A stretch of DNA of 64,000 bases from Heptranchias perlo (GCF_035084215.1 NC_090343.1:15314001-15378000); one strand, 5' to 3'; shown: positions 49,466 to 61,821, counted from the first letter of the stretch. Made by a program: numbers and translations. The notes: generated from the sequence alone by a model not told the origin.

Positions 49466-52409
49466 TATATTATTTATGCCACTGGCAGCAGTGGAATGCA
49501 GCTCCTAGCTCAATAGAATCTCATGCTTCCAGTTGTAGAGCATATACCTCTGTGCACTGATGGTCTTCTGAATTGTAATTTTTAAAAATGTTAAATTCAC
49601 CAACTGGAAATATTCAATTGCTGAATAACCATCATATTTGTAAAATAGGCAGAGAGTGTTATTTCAGTCACAGACTGAAGCGATGAGGGACATTGTATCT
49701 TCACATTAGAGACACTTCGAATCTGTGAGAGGAATGCAGTAAATTCAGATTGGCAGGACAGTTTACTAGAATTCCTTCATATCACAACAGTATCGCTCAC
49801 TAACAGTCCATCGCTAGGCTCTGATAGAGTAAAGTTCCTGATGTGATTACACTTTATTCTGGTAATTTATCAACTTCATGTAAATTGGATTATTGTATTA
49901 GACGCAATGAGTGAACAAGGCAAAAAACAGTTGATATGTTTTATTCTGGTAATGCTGTACTGTGATATAATGGATTTACCAAAAGTGTCAACTCCTTGAT
50001 TGAACGCACCTAGCGTTCACAGGGAGCATTGATTGGGAAATTGTAGACCCAAGGTGCCTGGTTTTCTGTCTATTTGTTTAGATGGATGAAACACCAGGCA
50101 CTATGGTCCCCCAATTTCCTGACTAGTACTCTCTGTGAATCAGGAGTACCTGATAGGAGAATCATCCCCGAAGTGTTAACTTTTTCATATCTTTTGCAGT
50201 TAATATCTTTACTAATCATTATGTTGACTGGCTTTAACAACATAGTTAAATTGCAACTTTTTAATATAAGGCTACCAGATCTTGTATTGCATTGCTCATG
50301 GTGAGTCGGAAGATATGCTGTTTAATAATAATAGGGGCGTTACTAGCAAAGTGTGATGGGGAAAATGTGACAAGAAGTCGGTGTGACACTTATGGGAAAT
50401 GCATGGCATACACAAGACTTTTAATAAATTACTAGTGAATCTTCCATGGCCTTGCTTATGGTTAGTGAGAGGAAATGTTGTGCCTTTTAGCTGTATTTGT
50501 TGTAACAGCTTGAGAGAGATTACATTGCCACCATTAGCGCAAGTAAGAACAATAAGCAGGGCAGAGGCTGGGTATTAGATGAGGCAAGACTTGATATAAA
50601 TCATTAGACTGCTTTATTTCACAGTAAGGTAAATATAGAGTAACCGTTAGAATCAGATCAATTTAGTTCAATCAGTACCACTTATCTTTACAAAATAAAG
50701 AACACACAATGCTTCCCCACATCAATAGGTAATCTTACTTGGCTTGAACACAAGGGGGTAGAACTTCCATAGGGGCTCCCTGGTCCTCCGCCGTAACTTC
50801 AGCAGAAGATTGGCAGAAACCTCAGCAATATGGCATAAAAAGCTGCTTGCAAGGACTTATACAGATAGCGATCAAGACTTGACTAATGAGGGCCCGCAAG
50901 CTACAAGACCTCATGGAAGTCCCACCCTGCCTCACTTCCGGTGGCACAATGGCGCTGTCACAATTTTGGGTCCTTTCTTTCCCCCTCACTTCCTATCACT
51001 CTCTCTGACCCCAATGTCTCTGTCTCTGTTTCTCTCACTCAGCTTAATACAAAAGTATCAGTATCAAACCCTGGCTTTTAGAAGAGGCTGAGACCTTCAA
51101 GTAAAAACTTTAATTAAACCATTACAAGTCAATTTAATGGATACATTTCATTATCTTATTGTGAAATATGTAATTTTTTCTTTAGTTTAAACCCTTATTT
51201 TGGACATTAAAAATTTCAGTAACAATGAGAGAAAATGGCAATGAGAAACAATTTAGAAGTCATTTTGAAAGATTTGTGGGAACTTGGTGGTCAGATTGCA
51301 CAATCACAGACAAAACCCATTATGAATTTGTAATGGGAAAAAGTTAACACAAAAATTATGACAGAGAGGAGGTGCCTTAGATCAACATGACAATATATGA
51401 TTAGAATATTTACAGCAACCAGGTGTGGTATATTTGCTTTTCTGGGACAAACTCAGTGATCACTTACGGGCATGCAAGTGTTTTGGGTATATTGTCATTT
51501 ACCTCTTTGCAATTCTATGATGTATTTCAAATCTCATCAACATGAGCATGTCCAAACTATTCATATGTGGAAACGGAGAGCACATGGGAAATAAAAATAC
51601 AAGATGAGTTACTTTACCAAATGTGAAGTGATTTTTTTAATTAGATTTATGGTGTTGGTTTATGGATTAGAAACTGGACTGTAATAACAACATTTGAGCT
51701 GCTCTACATAGTTTTAAGATGTTCTTTGCACTTTTTAATTTGCACTATGTGTGGGTAGAGGTTTTTAATTACCATTCGCACTGATGAAGTGTCACTTTTG
51801 TCATTAAAAATCTGTAAATTTTGCATCTGATTTCTTTCAATCTTTTCAAAATACTGATGAACTGTAAAATCAGAGTAAGTTATTTATAATTAATAAGTTA
51901 TCTGATGTGTTTTTATGTATAACATGGACAAGCCCAGCAACTTTTATCACTTTTTCCTTAATTTATGTTAAGCACAATGCCATATTTTGAAGATTAACCA
52001 TTTCAATTCTATATTTTATTTCATACAGTTTTGAAATAGCTGGAGTTAAAATGGAAGCTATTTTTGTTTACCAAATTTCAAAATGAAGAAGATGAGTTAT
52101 CTGCAGACCAGACCAATTTGAATGATCTGGAAGTGAGTCGGGTTACCATTTTAAATCATAGTCAAGGGATTAATAGGTGTTTAGAACCAAATGACATGAG
52201 TACCCAATCATCAGCATTCTGTGCAAAAGTCCTACACTTGTGTCTTTAATCGGGGATGATTGACAGTTATCATTACAATAAATGTAATTGTCCAGTGGTA
52301 TATTACCAAATCTATATTTTTATTTCTGAATTATAAACATAAAAAGGTGCTTCTGTGAAACTGTAGATAAAATAGAACTCTAAGATTGAAGGTTTTAGTC
52401 TTTGGAAAG

Positions 52410-52640
52410 TGTGTCCTTGCCAATATTTATCCCTCAACCAATCACTAAAAACAAATTATCTGGTTATTATCACATTACTGTTTGTGGGACCTTGCTGTGT
52501 GCAAATTGGCTGCTGCATTTCCCACATTACAACAGTGACTGCACTTCAAAAGTACTTCATTGGCTGTAAAGTGCTTTGGGACGTCATGAGGTCATGAAAG
52601 GTGCTATATAAATGCAAATCGGTCTTCCTTTCTTTCTTCT
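52410..52640 (+). mobile_element. Deu-domain SINE (SacSINE1/AmnSINE1-like), body and tail
   Basis: ctgtttgtgggaccttgctgtgtgcaaattggctgctgcatttccc..acaacagtgactgcacttcaaaagtacttcattggctgtaaagtgctttgggacg...aaaggtgctatataaatgcaa. Confidence 0.8.
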
Positions 52641-53536
52641 AACCCAAACTCAGAAAAATCTTGGTGAATAAAGTATAATTGCTGTTCTTTATATGTTAGT
52701 CTTGATTCCCCAATCTGGCACTTCCTGTGGGCACTGCTTCATGCTCGGAATGCCCCATCAGGGAACCAGCCCTATTGTCCCTGAAAGGGAAAACTTAAAG
52801 ATGAAGAAGGGAAGTTTCAAATGGGGAACTAATAGGATCCTAATTGCTTTAGGGCTATGGCGCTTTGCTATTTCATCTCTTTTATCTGTACTGTCACACA
52901 GAACCAATTTTTGCGTTTGTATTCGAAAGGATTGGTTTTCTAAACACGCTACTGTGATTTCCCAATATGTGGGTCCAGTGAGCAACGCTCCCCATCAGTA
53001 GCGCACAATTCCAAAAATCCATATGATAATCATTCAGAAGTAATATTATAGATTACTACTGCACAATCACATTGTTTGCAATGCAGCAATTCATTCCATT
53101 GTTTTGACAGGCAGAGCTGCAAGGGAAGAATTGAATCATTCCCAGTTCTACAGTGTAACACAAGATGCACCTCAGCAGGAAAAAAAGGTGTTGGGCAGCT
53201 TGTTAGGAAAGAATGGAATCTTATTCCGAGTATAGAGTACAACACAAGATGCACTTGTCATAAGAATCTAAGACACTGTCATTTTTATAAATTGGCATCA
53301 AACTCAATTTGTCATTGTGTGAAGGTCTTAGGCAGTTCTGGTAAGTCTTAACACTACATATGTCTTCATGAGTACTTCCACCCTAAGTGTTGAGAGATTA
53401 GCTCCATGGCCATTTCACAGAATAACTAGGGCTTCATTTCAATTCTGTACAATTTATCAGGTGGCATATTAATTTTGACTTCTCGTAAAATGCATATGCA
53501 TAATTTTTTAAACTATGTTTAAATCATTATGCATTA

Positions 53537-53652
53537 TGGACTGCAGCGGTTCAAGAAGACGGCTCACCACCACCTTCTCAAGGGCAATTAGGGATGGGCA
53601 ATAAATGCCGGCCTTGCCAGCGACGCCCACATCCCATGAATGAATTTTTTAA
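53537..53652 (+). mobile_element. LINE 3' end fragment (same family as 19886-20083)
   Basis: ggactgcagcggttcaagaagacggctcaccaccaccttctcaagggcaattagggatgggcaataaatgccggcc. Confidence 0.75.
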
Positions 53653-53962
53653 AATGTTGTTTTCAAACCACAATATATCACCGAGATTTGTACTCCCATC
53701 TGAGCTCCACTCACTTCCCAAACATTAGTGGATTGATTTCTCACTTTCAAATCCCTTCATAACCTTACACCTCCCTACCTTAGTGAACTGTTAAAAGTCT
53801 CAGGTCTGCACGAGATATTGGGCTCGATTTTAGGAGGGAGGCAGGTTGGCTGCGCAGCGGATAGACTGCGCAGCCGCATCATAGGCTGTCAGCTGGAGGA
53901 GCCCTATTTAAAGGGACAGTCCTCCACTGACTGATGCTGCAGAAAGGAGCCAAAATTACAGC

Positions 53963-54205
53963 ATGGAGCAGCCCAGGGGGAAGGCTGCTCCCAGGTTTAA
54001 TGATGCCTCACTCCAGGTCCTACAGGATGGGGTGGTGAGGAGGAGGACAGAGATCTTCCCCCCTGTGGACGGGAGGAAATGGCCTGCCTCTGCCACCGTG
54101 AAGGCCTGGTTCGAGGTGGCAGAGGAGGTCACCAGCACCATCAACATATCACGCACCTACATACAGTGCAGGAGGCGCTTCAATGACCTAAGTAGGTCAG
54201 CCGAA
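53963..54205 (+). CDS. Harbinger Myb/SANT-like exon 1 (81 codons, open)
   Basis: [24 protein letters not shown]...KAWFEVAEEV...QCRRRFNDLSRSAE|gtgagt; tatttaaa upstream. Confidence 0.75.
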
Positions 54206-54752
54206 GTGAGTACACTTACTCATTCCCCTACACTCCGTCTGCCACATCACCGCTCCCACCCCAGATCTTCTTCTGCACTGCCAACACTACTCTATCACAT
54301 CACTCCTCACACCCACTCAAAGCTCATCCTGATCTTACCTGCAATTACTCACCTTACCTGCACTTACTCATCTCGCCAGTACTCATCCCACCACTACCAC
54401 TCAACCCAATCCTCATACAATGTCATGGCTCCGTCTCATACTCACCCTCTCATGCATCTCTTTCACAGTCATCCTCACTCAACCTGCCACTACCTGTGCT
54501 ACAGCCACAGGGCATGCATCACATTGTGTAGTAGGGAGCGTTAGACAAATGTGTCGTGAGCATGAAGGGGATGCACAAGGGTGTTTGAGGGTTTGTCATG
54601 GTTTTTACTTATATTTGATTTCTGATCAACTCACATTACATATTATATTGGCACCACTACTGCCACATCTTTGCAAATCTTGTCTGGTTTGTGCAATAAT
54701 GCCCTTTCCTGAGGATCACCATGAAGACCCACAACTGATGCCACCCATTGTG

Positions 54753-55229
54753 TCACTGCAGAGTGGGTGTAGGTGTATTTGCAAGGCTCTTTTGTGCAGA
54801 CGACTGAGAGACGTTGGCGATGTCCCTGGTGGCACCCTGGAAGGATGCGAAGGAGAAGTTGTTGAGGGCAGTGGTGACTTTGACAGCGACAGGTAAGAAG
54901 ATGGTGCTCGGGCCAGCCGGGAGCAGCTCGGCATGAAGGAGGCTGCAAATGTCCACAACTACATGTCGAGTGACTCTGAGCCTCCATGTACACTGCTGCT
55001 CAGAGAGGTCCAGGAAGCTGAGCCTCGGTCTGTAGACCCTGTGGCGAGGGCAGTGCCTCCTGCGACGCATCTCTCTCTGCGGTTGCCCTCCCTCCTGCTG
55101 TGCAGGTGGATGTGTCTCAGCACTGTGTTGTGGAGCTCCACGTGTCAGAGGTGGACGGCGTGGCTGGCGAGACTGGTGATGCTCTTCGTCCTCCGAGGGG
55201 GTCATGACTGCAACTATGGAAGCCCCCAT
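54753..55229 (-). pseudogene. Truncated Harbinger transposase N-terminus
   Basis: MGASIVAVMTPSEDEE...[17 protein letters not shown]...[34 protein letters not shown]; no DDE domain. Confidence 0.85.
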
Positions 55230-56513
55230 CCGGAAGATATACGTTTGAGGGGGTCCGCAAGGTAAGTAAATGTGTCTGCACACCGGGGTTGAGGTTGCAA
55301 GTTTGTGAATTTTATTGTTAGTAGGTGGGTGGTGGAGGCCAAACTTTGTCCAAAGTGACAGAGTGGCCTCTTGCAATAAATGAGGGTCTCCCCCCCACCT
55401 GTCAAATGGACCTTTGCAGCTGCCACAGGCTGCAACACGTCCATTTCAACTGGGAGTGTCTCCCCCAGTATGGGAAACACGCTCAGTTGAGTTGAAACTC
55501 CCACCCCTCCTAAAATATCCTACAAATCCAGTCTGCAAACGACCTGAACTATCTAATTAATTGGTTTAAGTGGGATCCCTCCGGCTTTAATTGCCGGCGG
55601 GAGTCCTGCATGCGGGGGCTGCGCGCGCATCTAAGTGCATCACTGGGGAACCCGGAAGTGGGCGGGTTGGAGCTGGGCTCTGGACCCGCCCAGGGAATCC
55701 CTGATTTTCGGAGCCCCCCGTCATCTCGGACGTCCGAAAATCAAGCCCATTGTCTTAGGTTCAGTATCAACCGTCTTTCTCATAAGTGGACCCTGCATCC
55801 CTAACAATCAGGTGTTTATCTTTACTGCTCAGTATCTGGTTATACAATAACATGATCTGGGGATAGTGACAATGAAACCCCACATCATGAAACATGACAG
55901 TTGTATTACCTAGATTATGTGAATGCCCTAATCAATGTATGAAATGTTGGACAGGAAAAGAATAGCTGGCCCATTGAGCCTGTCCATACAAATCCAATGT
56001 ATTATTATCAGTGTTGACAGCCACACCAAGCAATATAAAAAACTCCTGTGTGAGAACCTTGAAAGATTTATTTCTAAAATACATTAAAATAAGATGTCAG
56101 TAATAATAAAACAATAGTTGTAAGCAGTATAGGTTATAGAAATCAGAAAAGTGCTGTCACTTGCCTTTTTAAGATGTGAACCTTAATTGAACCATTTCTC
56201 AGAAAGATGCATTGGATACTTCCAGGCACACAGTTAGGGCCCGATTTTACCAGGCCTGCGGGTTCCCATCGGGTGGTCCTCCGGGAGCGTGGAAAACGCG
56301 AACGGTTAATTGAGGGCGCCCCCCGCGCGATCGTGGGATAATTGATTGAGTTAAGCCGTGGTTCTGGGTTCGCCGCAGGCCAGCTGTGCGCCGGCCGCCC
56401 GCGCATGCGCCGGCCGCCCGCGCATGCGCATTGACGCCAGCGCGATGGTGGAGCCGCACTTAAAGGGGCAGTCCCACAGAGCCCCCCCTGCATCCAGCAC
56501 CAGGAAGCGGACC

Positions 56514-58352
56514 ATGGCGCAACCCAGGGGTAAGGCTGCGCCCCGCTTTTCCGACCACGCGCTGCAGCTCCTCCTGGACGGTGTGCGGAGGAGGAGGGAC
56601 ACGCTCTTCCCGAGGGACGGACTGAAGTGCCCTGGCTCGGTAACCAGGAGGGCATGGGCAGAGGTGGCGGCGGAGGTGAGCAGCAGCTCGAACACCAGCA
56701 GGTCTTGGGAGCAGTGCCGCAAGCGCTTCAACGACCTCACGAGGTCCGGCAAGGTGGGTACACGAAGGCCCCCCCCACCAGAACCCGTCTCGACCATCAC
56801 GCCAAACACCCCACAACCCCGTCTGCACAGCCACCACAGCGCTCCCACAGGAATCCTCACAGCCACTCACTCACCATCCTCACCGTGCCTGCACTCACCC
56901 ACCATCCCCGTCCCCACTGGACCACTACCACACGCCCCAACCCCATGCAATGGGACGGGCATGTGGCCCACGCATCCTCCCTTCCATCCGCCCCACGCGC
57001 AACCCACCCACACCGATGCTCCAGGCGTCTCACTATGCAATCTGCACGTACTCACGCATCTGTGTTTTGCCTTCACAGGAGAAGAGATGCAACAACGCGC
57101 GGGAAAGGGACCGCACTGGAGGGGGCCCGCCGCACGTGCTCGAGCTCACGGATGCCGAGGTGGAGGCGCTCGAGCTGAGCGGAACGCAACTTTGCCTGTC
57201 GGTGGGTGATGGCGAGTCTGGCGCTACAGCATCGGCCGGTAAGGGACAGCCGACACTCAACACTCATGATCGCGAATGACCTTAGCATCACCTGCCATCT
57301 GGCGCACCGCGACCTCTGTGCACATGCCTCATAGTGCCCTCTGTTCTCTTGCAGGGCCGTCCGCGAGCGCTTCGTGCGAGGAGGGCGATTCCTCAGAGGA
57401 CATGCCGGTCTCTGAGAGTGCTTCGTCACATATGAGCCAACCATCCCCCAACGCAGAGACACGCACCTCGGTGGGTCCCCCTCGCCAACTAGTTGGGGTT
57501 GCACTTGGTGAATCACCGCGCACGTGTGAGCATGAACAGACCCTGGTGGCAGGGGCAGCCGCGGAGGGTCCGTGTCGGTGGGAGCACTCATCTCCAGGCT
57601 CTGCTCAGCCGGACCCAGATGCTGAACCCAGGGGGCCACCAGTCAAAAGGAGAGTCGTCGAGGGGCACCAGCTAATTGCCGAGGTACTGGGAGAGGTGCC
57701 GCGCGCATTGTCCACAATCGTGCAGGCGATGGAGGAGTCCAACTCCTGCATGCGGGCATTGGTGGCACAGGCACAGGAGGGTACCGGCGACACAGTGTCG
57801 CGGGTAGGTGCGGGAGCGTCTGCGGTGGAGGACAGGCTGGCCTCCCTCGAGCGTCACGCACAGCTCCACATCGAGTCCGTGCAGGCCCTGACAACGGCTG
57901 TACGGATCCAGGGTGAGCAACATTCCGCCACCATAAACAGGCTGACGGATACACTAGGGGTGGCCTTGCAAGGCCTCACACATGCAATCCAAACTGCCGT
58001 CCAGCAGGGTGGAAGGGGTGATGTGGGCCGAGGCCACGAGAGGGATGATGGTGACCGGGGACATGGAAGCGGGGACACTTCTCAAGGTGCCCCCACGTCC
58101 CACCCGTTGCCCCCCTCTCAACCAGTATCCGCAATGGTGCCTCCTCTCCAGGTGCAAGAGTCTGCCCCTGCACAGGTGCAGGAGGAGCAGTCTGTGGAGG
58201 TGCCCTCACGGGCACCGAAACCCAGGGGCCGTCCGCCTAGAGCATCTACCCGGTCAGGGCAACAACACGAGCAACCTGCCACTACCTCTGCTGGAGCCAC
58301 AGGGGTAGCACCACGTAGGGGTACCCGGAGAAGAACTCCAAAGGCGTTGTAA
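56514..58352 (+). CDS. Harbinger Myb/SANT-like DNA-binding protein (MSANTD/NAIF1-like), three exons, 465 aa, apparently intact
   Basis: Exons 56514-56753 (AAG|gtggg), 57079-57238 (cacag|GAG...GCCG|gtaag) and 57355-58352 (tgcag|GG...TAA) are in frame (240+160+998 nt). Motifs RFSDHALQLLLDGV, RRAWAEVAAEV, RSWEQCRKRFNDL, RTGGGP; ATTAAA at ~58424. Confidence 0.85.
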
Positions 58353-58651
58353 GCACAAAAGGTATGCACCAGGGTGCCTGTTAATTTGTACACTTTTTGT
58401 TTATCGTTTTGCACCTTGTCGACATTAAACACTATCGTTCTCACCACTCCTGCCACCTCTCGTCCATTCTTCTGCGGCCTGTGCAATAGGTGCGCTCCGT
58501 GCAGCACATCATGACGGCGAACACCTGCTGCCGCCCATTGGGCACACTGCTGTGGGTGCAGGAGTACTGGCAACACTCTTCAGTGGAGGGGGCTGGTATG
58601 GCCCCTCGCATGTGCAGGTGAGGAGATGCGAATGCCTCGCAATGTCTGACT

Positions 58652-59816
58652 CTAGGAGAACCGTTGACATATGAGTGCCTCCCTGGCCCGGCGAGCATCC
58701 CGGTGAGTCGGGGTTCGGCGCATGGGTCATTCCTCATCCTCGCGCGCGTCCTCCTCCTCCTCCACCTCCTCGTCCTCATCGCCGTCCTCAATGTGGGTGG
58801 CGGGTGTGGATTGGGCCTCCTCCAGCGGCACCCCTCTCTGTTGGGCCATGTTGTGCAGGGCACAGCAGACAACTATGATTCGTCCCACTCTGAATGGTGT
58901 GTATTGCAGCGCTCCCCCAGCAGTGTGGCTGTCATTGTACCGACGCTCCGGCCCGGTGATGGGGTTCCTCAGAGGCGTCATGAGCCACGTGTGTAGGGGA
59001 GGCCCCTTGTCGCCGATGAGCCAGCCGTTGCCCGCGTTGGGTGCGTGGAAGATGGGCGGGACGGTGGACTCCCTGAGGGCGAAGGCATCGTGGCAGCTGC
59101 CGGGGAATCTGGCGCACACATGTACGAATCTCTGGCGGTGGTCACAAATGAGCTGGGCATTCATGGAGTGATGCCCCTTCCTGTTGATGAACAGCCCTGG
59201 CTCATGCGGAGGTGCCCGTATTGCGATGTGGGTGCAGCCGATTACACCCTGCACCTGTGGGAAGCCGGCCATGGCATGGAATCCAACCGCCCTCTCCATC
59301 TGGCTGCGCTTGTCCATGGCGACGTTGATGTAGTGCGAGGCCCTGCGGAACAACCCATCGGTGACCTGCCTTATGCACTTGTGTGCAGACGACTGACAGA
59401 CCCCGGTGATGTCCCCAGTGGCACCCTGGAAGGATCCGGATGCGAAGAAGTTGAGGGCAGTGGTGCCTTTGACGGCGACAGGTAAGGAGATGCTGCCTGG
59501 TCCATCTGGGAGCAGCTCGTCGTTCAGGAGGCTGCAGATGTCGGCGACTACCTGGCGATTGACTCTGAGCCAACGTATGCACTGCTCCTCGGAGGGGTCC
59601 ATGAAGCTGAGCCTCGGTCTGTACACCCTGTGCGGAGGGTAGTGCCTCCTGCGACGCATCTCTCTCTGCGGTTGCCCATCCGTCCTGCTGTGCAGGTGGG
59701 CGTGCAACAGCACCGTGTTGGGGGGCTCCACGTCTCTGCGGCGGACGGCGTGGACTGCGAGGCTGCTGGGGCTGGTCATGCTGTTCATCCTCCGAGGGTG
59801 TCCACGCACCACCCAT
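58652..59816 (-). pseudogene. Harbinger DDE transposase (HARBI1-like), disabled
   Basis: Motifs GFPQVQGVIGCTH, NRKGHHSMNAQLICD, FPGSCHD, LIGDKG, YNDSH, CCALHN. Lesions: frameshift ~59680, catalytic D->G (59237-59239), deletion of the RxxIExxFGxLKxRF block at ~58921, premature TGA at 58727-58729 before ...AREALICQRFS*. Confidence 0.9.
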
Positions 59817-60894
59817 CTGGCAGGTGTTGGTCTGAGGGGTTGTGCAGGGTAGGTAGGTGGTTCCTCGAACTGGGGCTACGGTTTCACGTCGGTCTGTCCT
59901 CTGGCTTGGCGGGGGGTGGTGGGGGGCAGGGGTTGCCCTATGTGACGCAGTGGCCTCCTGCGTGGGTGAGGGCTCTCCCCCCCCCTGTGGAGTGCACCTT
60001 GGCAGCTGCCACAGGCTCCTGGCTGCAACACGTCTGGTTGGAGGGAGACTGTTTCCCCCAGTGTGTGAAACACTCTGCGTTGAAGGTAAAATCCCACACT
60101 TCCTGTTATGACAGCTGATTCAGCTCATTTAATGACCTCAACAAGCAAGGTAAGTACACTCAAGTGGAACCCCGCTGGCTTTAATTGCCTGCGGGATTCC
60201 CACCAGCGGGGGCCGCGCACGCAGCCCCGCACGTCAGCGCGGGACCCGGAAGTGACCGGGATCGCGGCGCGATCCGCTCCCGCACGTGGAAATTGACATT
60301 TTCGAGCCCACCCCGCCGATAACGCACAGGGAACCCGCTACTAAAATCGAGCCCTTAATGTCAAAGAACTGTTTCTTTTATCCTTTTGTTTAGATGGTAG
60401 GTCTGCTTCAATGATGACTTTTACATAAATTTGATAATGTCTAGTTCTCTTACTAGTTTGACTTTAGCAACAAAAGGGGTTCATGTGGTATTCTATCCCC
60501 TTTATGTGCAATTTATCTGGAGTTTTGACATTTGTCAGTATATCGGGAAAAGACAACAAGTTCCAGAATTTCCCAATACCTGGTGTACACAAGAAGCCCA
60601 GAAAACTAATGACTGTCCATTACAAATAAAATGAGTTGATTAGTTTGCATATTTGCATAGGTGGAATTGATCTATGAAAGGCCTATTGGCCTTTTCCTGT
60701 CCTTAAAAAATCAAATGTTATTTTATTCTATTGGCACAATAGGAACAAAATGTGGGATATAAAAAAACAATCTGAGCATTTGGTAGTCACTGATTTCTGA
60801 AAATGATAATGTTTAAAGGCTGTTATTTTGTGATCTTTTTTAAAAACACCTGAGAACAATGGTCCTGTCACCCTCTGTCCATACAACAGCCCTC

Positions 60895-61012
60895 TTACAT
60901 TACAACGGTGACTACACTTCAAAAGTACTTAATTGGCTGTAAAGCACTTTGGGACGTACTGAGGTCATGAAAGGCGCTATATAAATGCAAGTTCTTTCTT
61001 TCTTCTTTCTTT
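60895..61012 (+). mobile_element. Deu-SINE 3' tail
   Basis: acattacaacggtgactacacttcaaaagtacttaattggctgtaaagcactttgggacg...aaaggcgctatataaatgcaagttctttct; homologous to 52524-52635. Confidence 0.8.
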
Positions 61013-61821
61013 CAAAGCCTTCCACCTGTAGACTGTAGAACCGGTGAAGAAATAAGTCAAGAGAAAAAAAAATCACATCCTAATTAAAGGAAAATCCGAC
61101 TTCAGAAAAACTTTTAATCAGAGGTTCACATTGCGTCATCTTCAGAGTATAAAGCAAAAGAAATTCAAAGATTAGTTTTCTTGTTTTGCTTGTTCCAGCA
61201 TTGAGAATATCATTTACCAGCTCACTGATCAGGAAGGCTATGTTGCACTTCATTTGGTGTCTTCATTAAACTTTGGATGCAGAGGTCATTTAATATAGAC
61301 GACTGTGCACGCTAACTGAATTTGCATCATGAATATAAAAGACCCACAATTTACGTGCAGTGCAGACAAGAATGGATTATGAGGTCTTTGAGAAAAATAA
61401 ATCAGAAGTGCACTACTACCATTGCAATGTATTACTTAACATGTGCCTGTTTGTCAGTAAAAAACAATGATCAAAATCAATTATTTTCAAAATATAAGAT
61501 ATGAGATTTTAAAAATGTATGTAACAATGTAACTCTATTGTCTGAAACATCCAGTTTGATAGCCATGACAGCTGTGCATCTTAGGACTTGACAACGATCT
61601 TTAGCTAAGTGGCAATGCTAAGATTTTGGATACTTACTAGTCTTCTTTCATACAGATATTTTCACAGTCAGCAGTTCCATTCTCCAACTAAACTAAAGAT
61701 CTAAAAACTTAAAAAGCACACCTGCCAAAAATATAAACCCTTATTTTACAGTATGGTTCAAACAGACTAGAGAACTTAGAGAAAGCTAGAAGTAAAGAAA
61801 TCGGGAAAGCTTAAGACAGCA

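Larger units (their letters stand above)
53820..55748. mobile_element. Non-autonomous PIF/Harbinger transposon (1929 bp), orientation opposite to 11002-13009
   Basis: TIRs gggctcgatttt / aaaatcaagccc; TSD ATT (53817-53819, 55749-55751); same internal layout and deletion junction as 11002-13009. Confidence 0.93.
56237..60354. mobile_element. Near full-length two-gene PIF/Harbinger DNA transposon (4118 bp)
   Basis: TIRs gggcccgatttta / taaaatcgagccc; TSD TTA (56234-56236, 60355-60357); convergent Myb/SANT and DDE transposase genes; CpG-rich. Confidence 0.96.

Noticed and set aside
27400-53351. Short 60-120 aa ORFs in AT-rich or intergenic DNA as host genes, such as NTSR1 exons
   Set aside because: They show no recognisable protein motifs or consistent splice structure; those with motifs are LINE fragments.
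56358-57209. 283-aa ORF as a complete single-exon protein
   Set aside because: It reads through intron 1 (P/H/T-rich). The spliced three-exon model restores the conserved NDL..K-EK..RTGGG motif.
58727-59812. 361-aa ORF as an active transposase or the host HARBI1 gene
   Set aside because: It lies within TIRs and a TSD, lacks the first catalytic D and the catalytic E block, has a frameshifted N-terminus and stops early.
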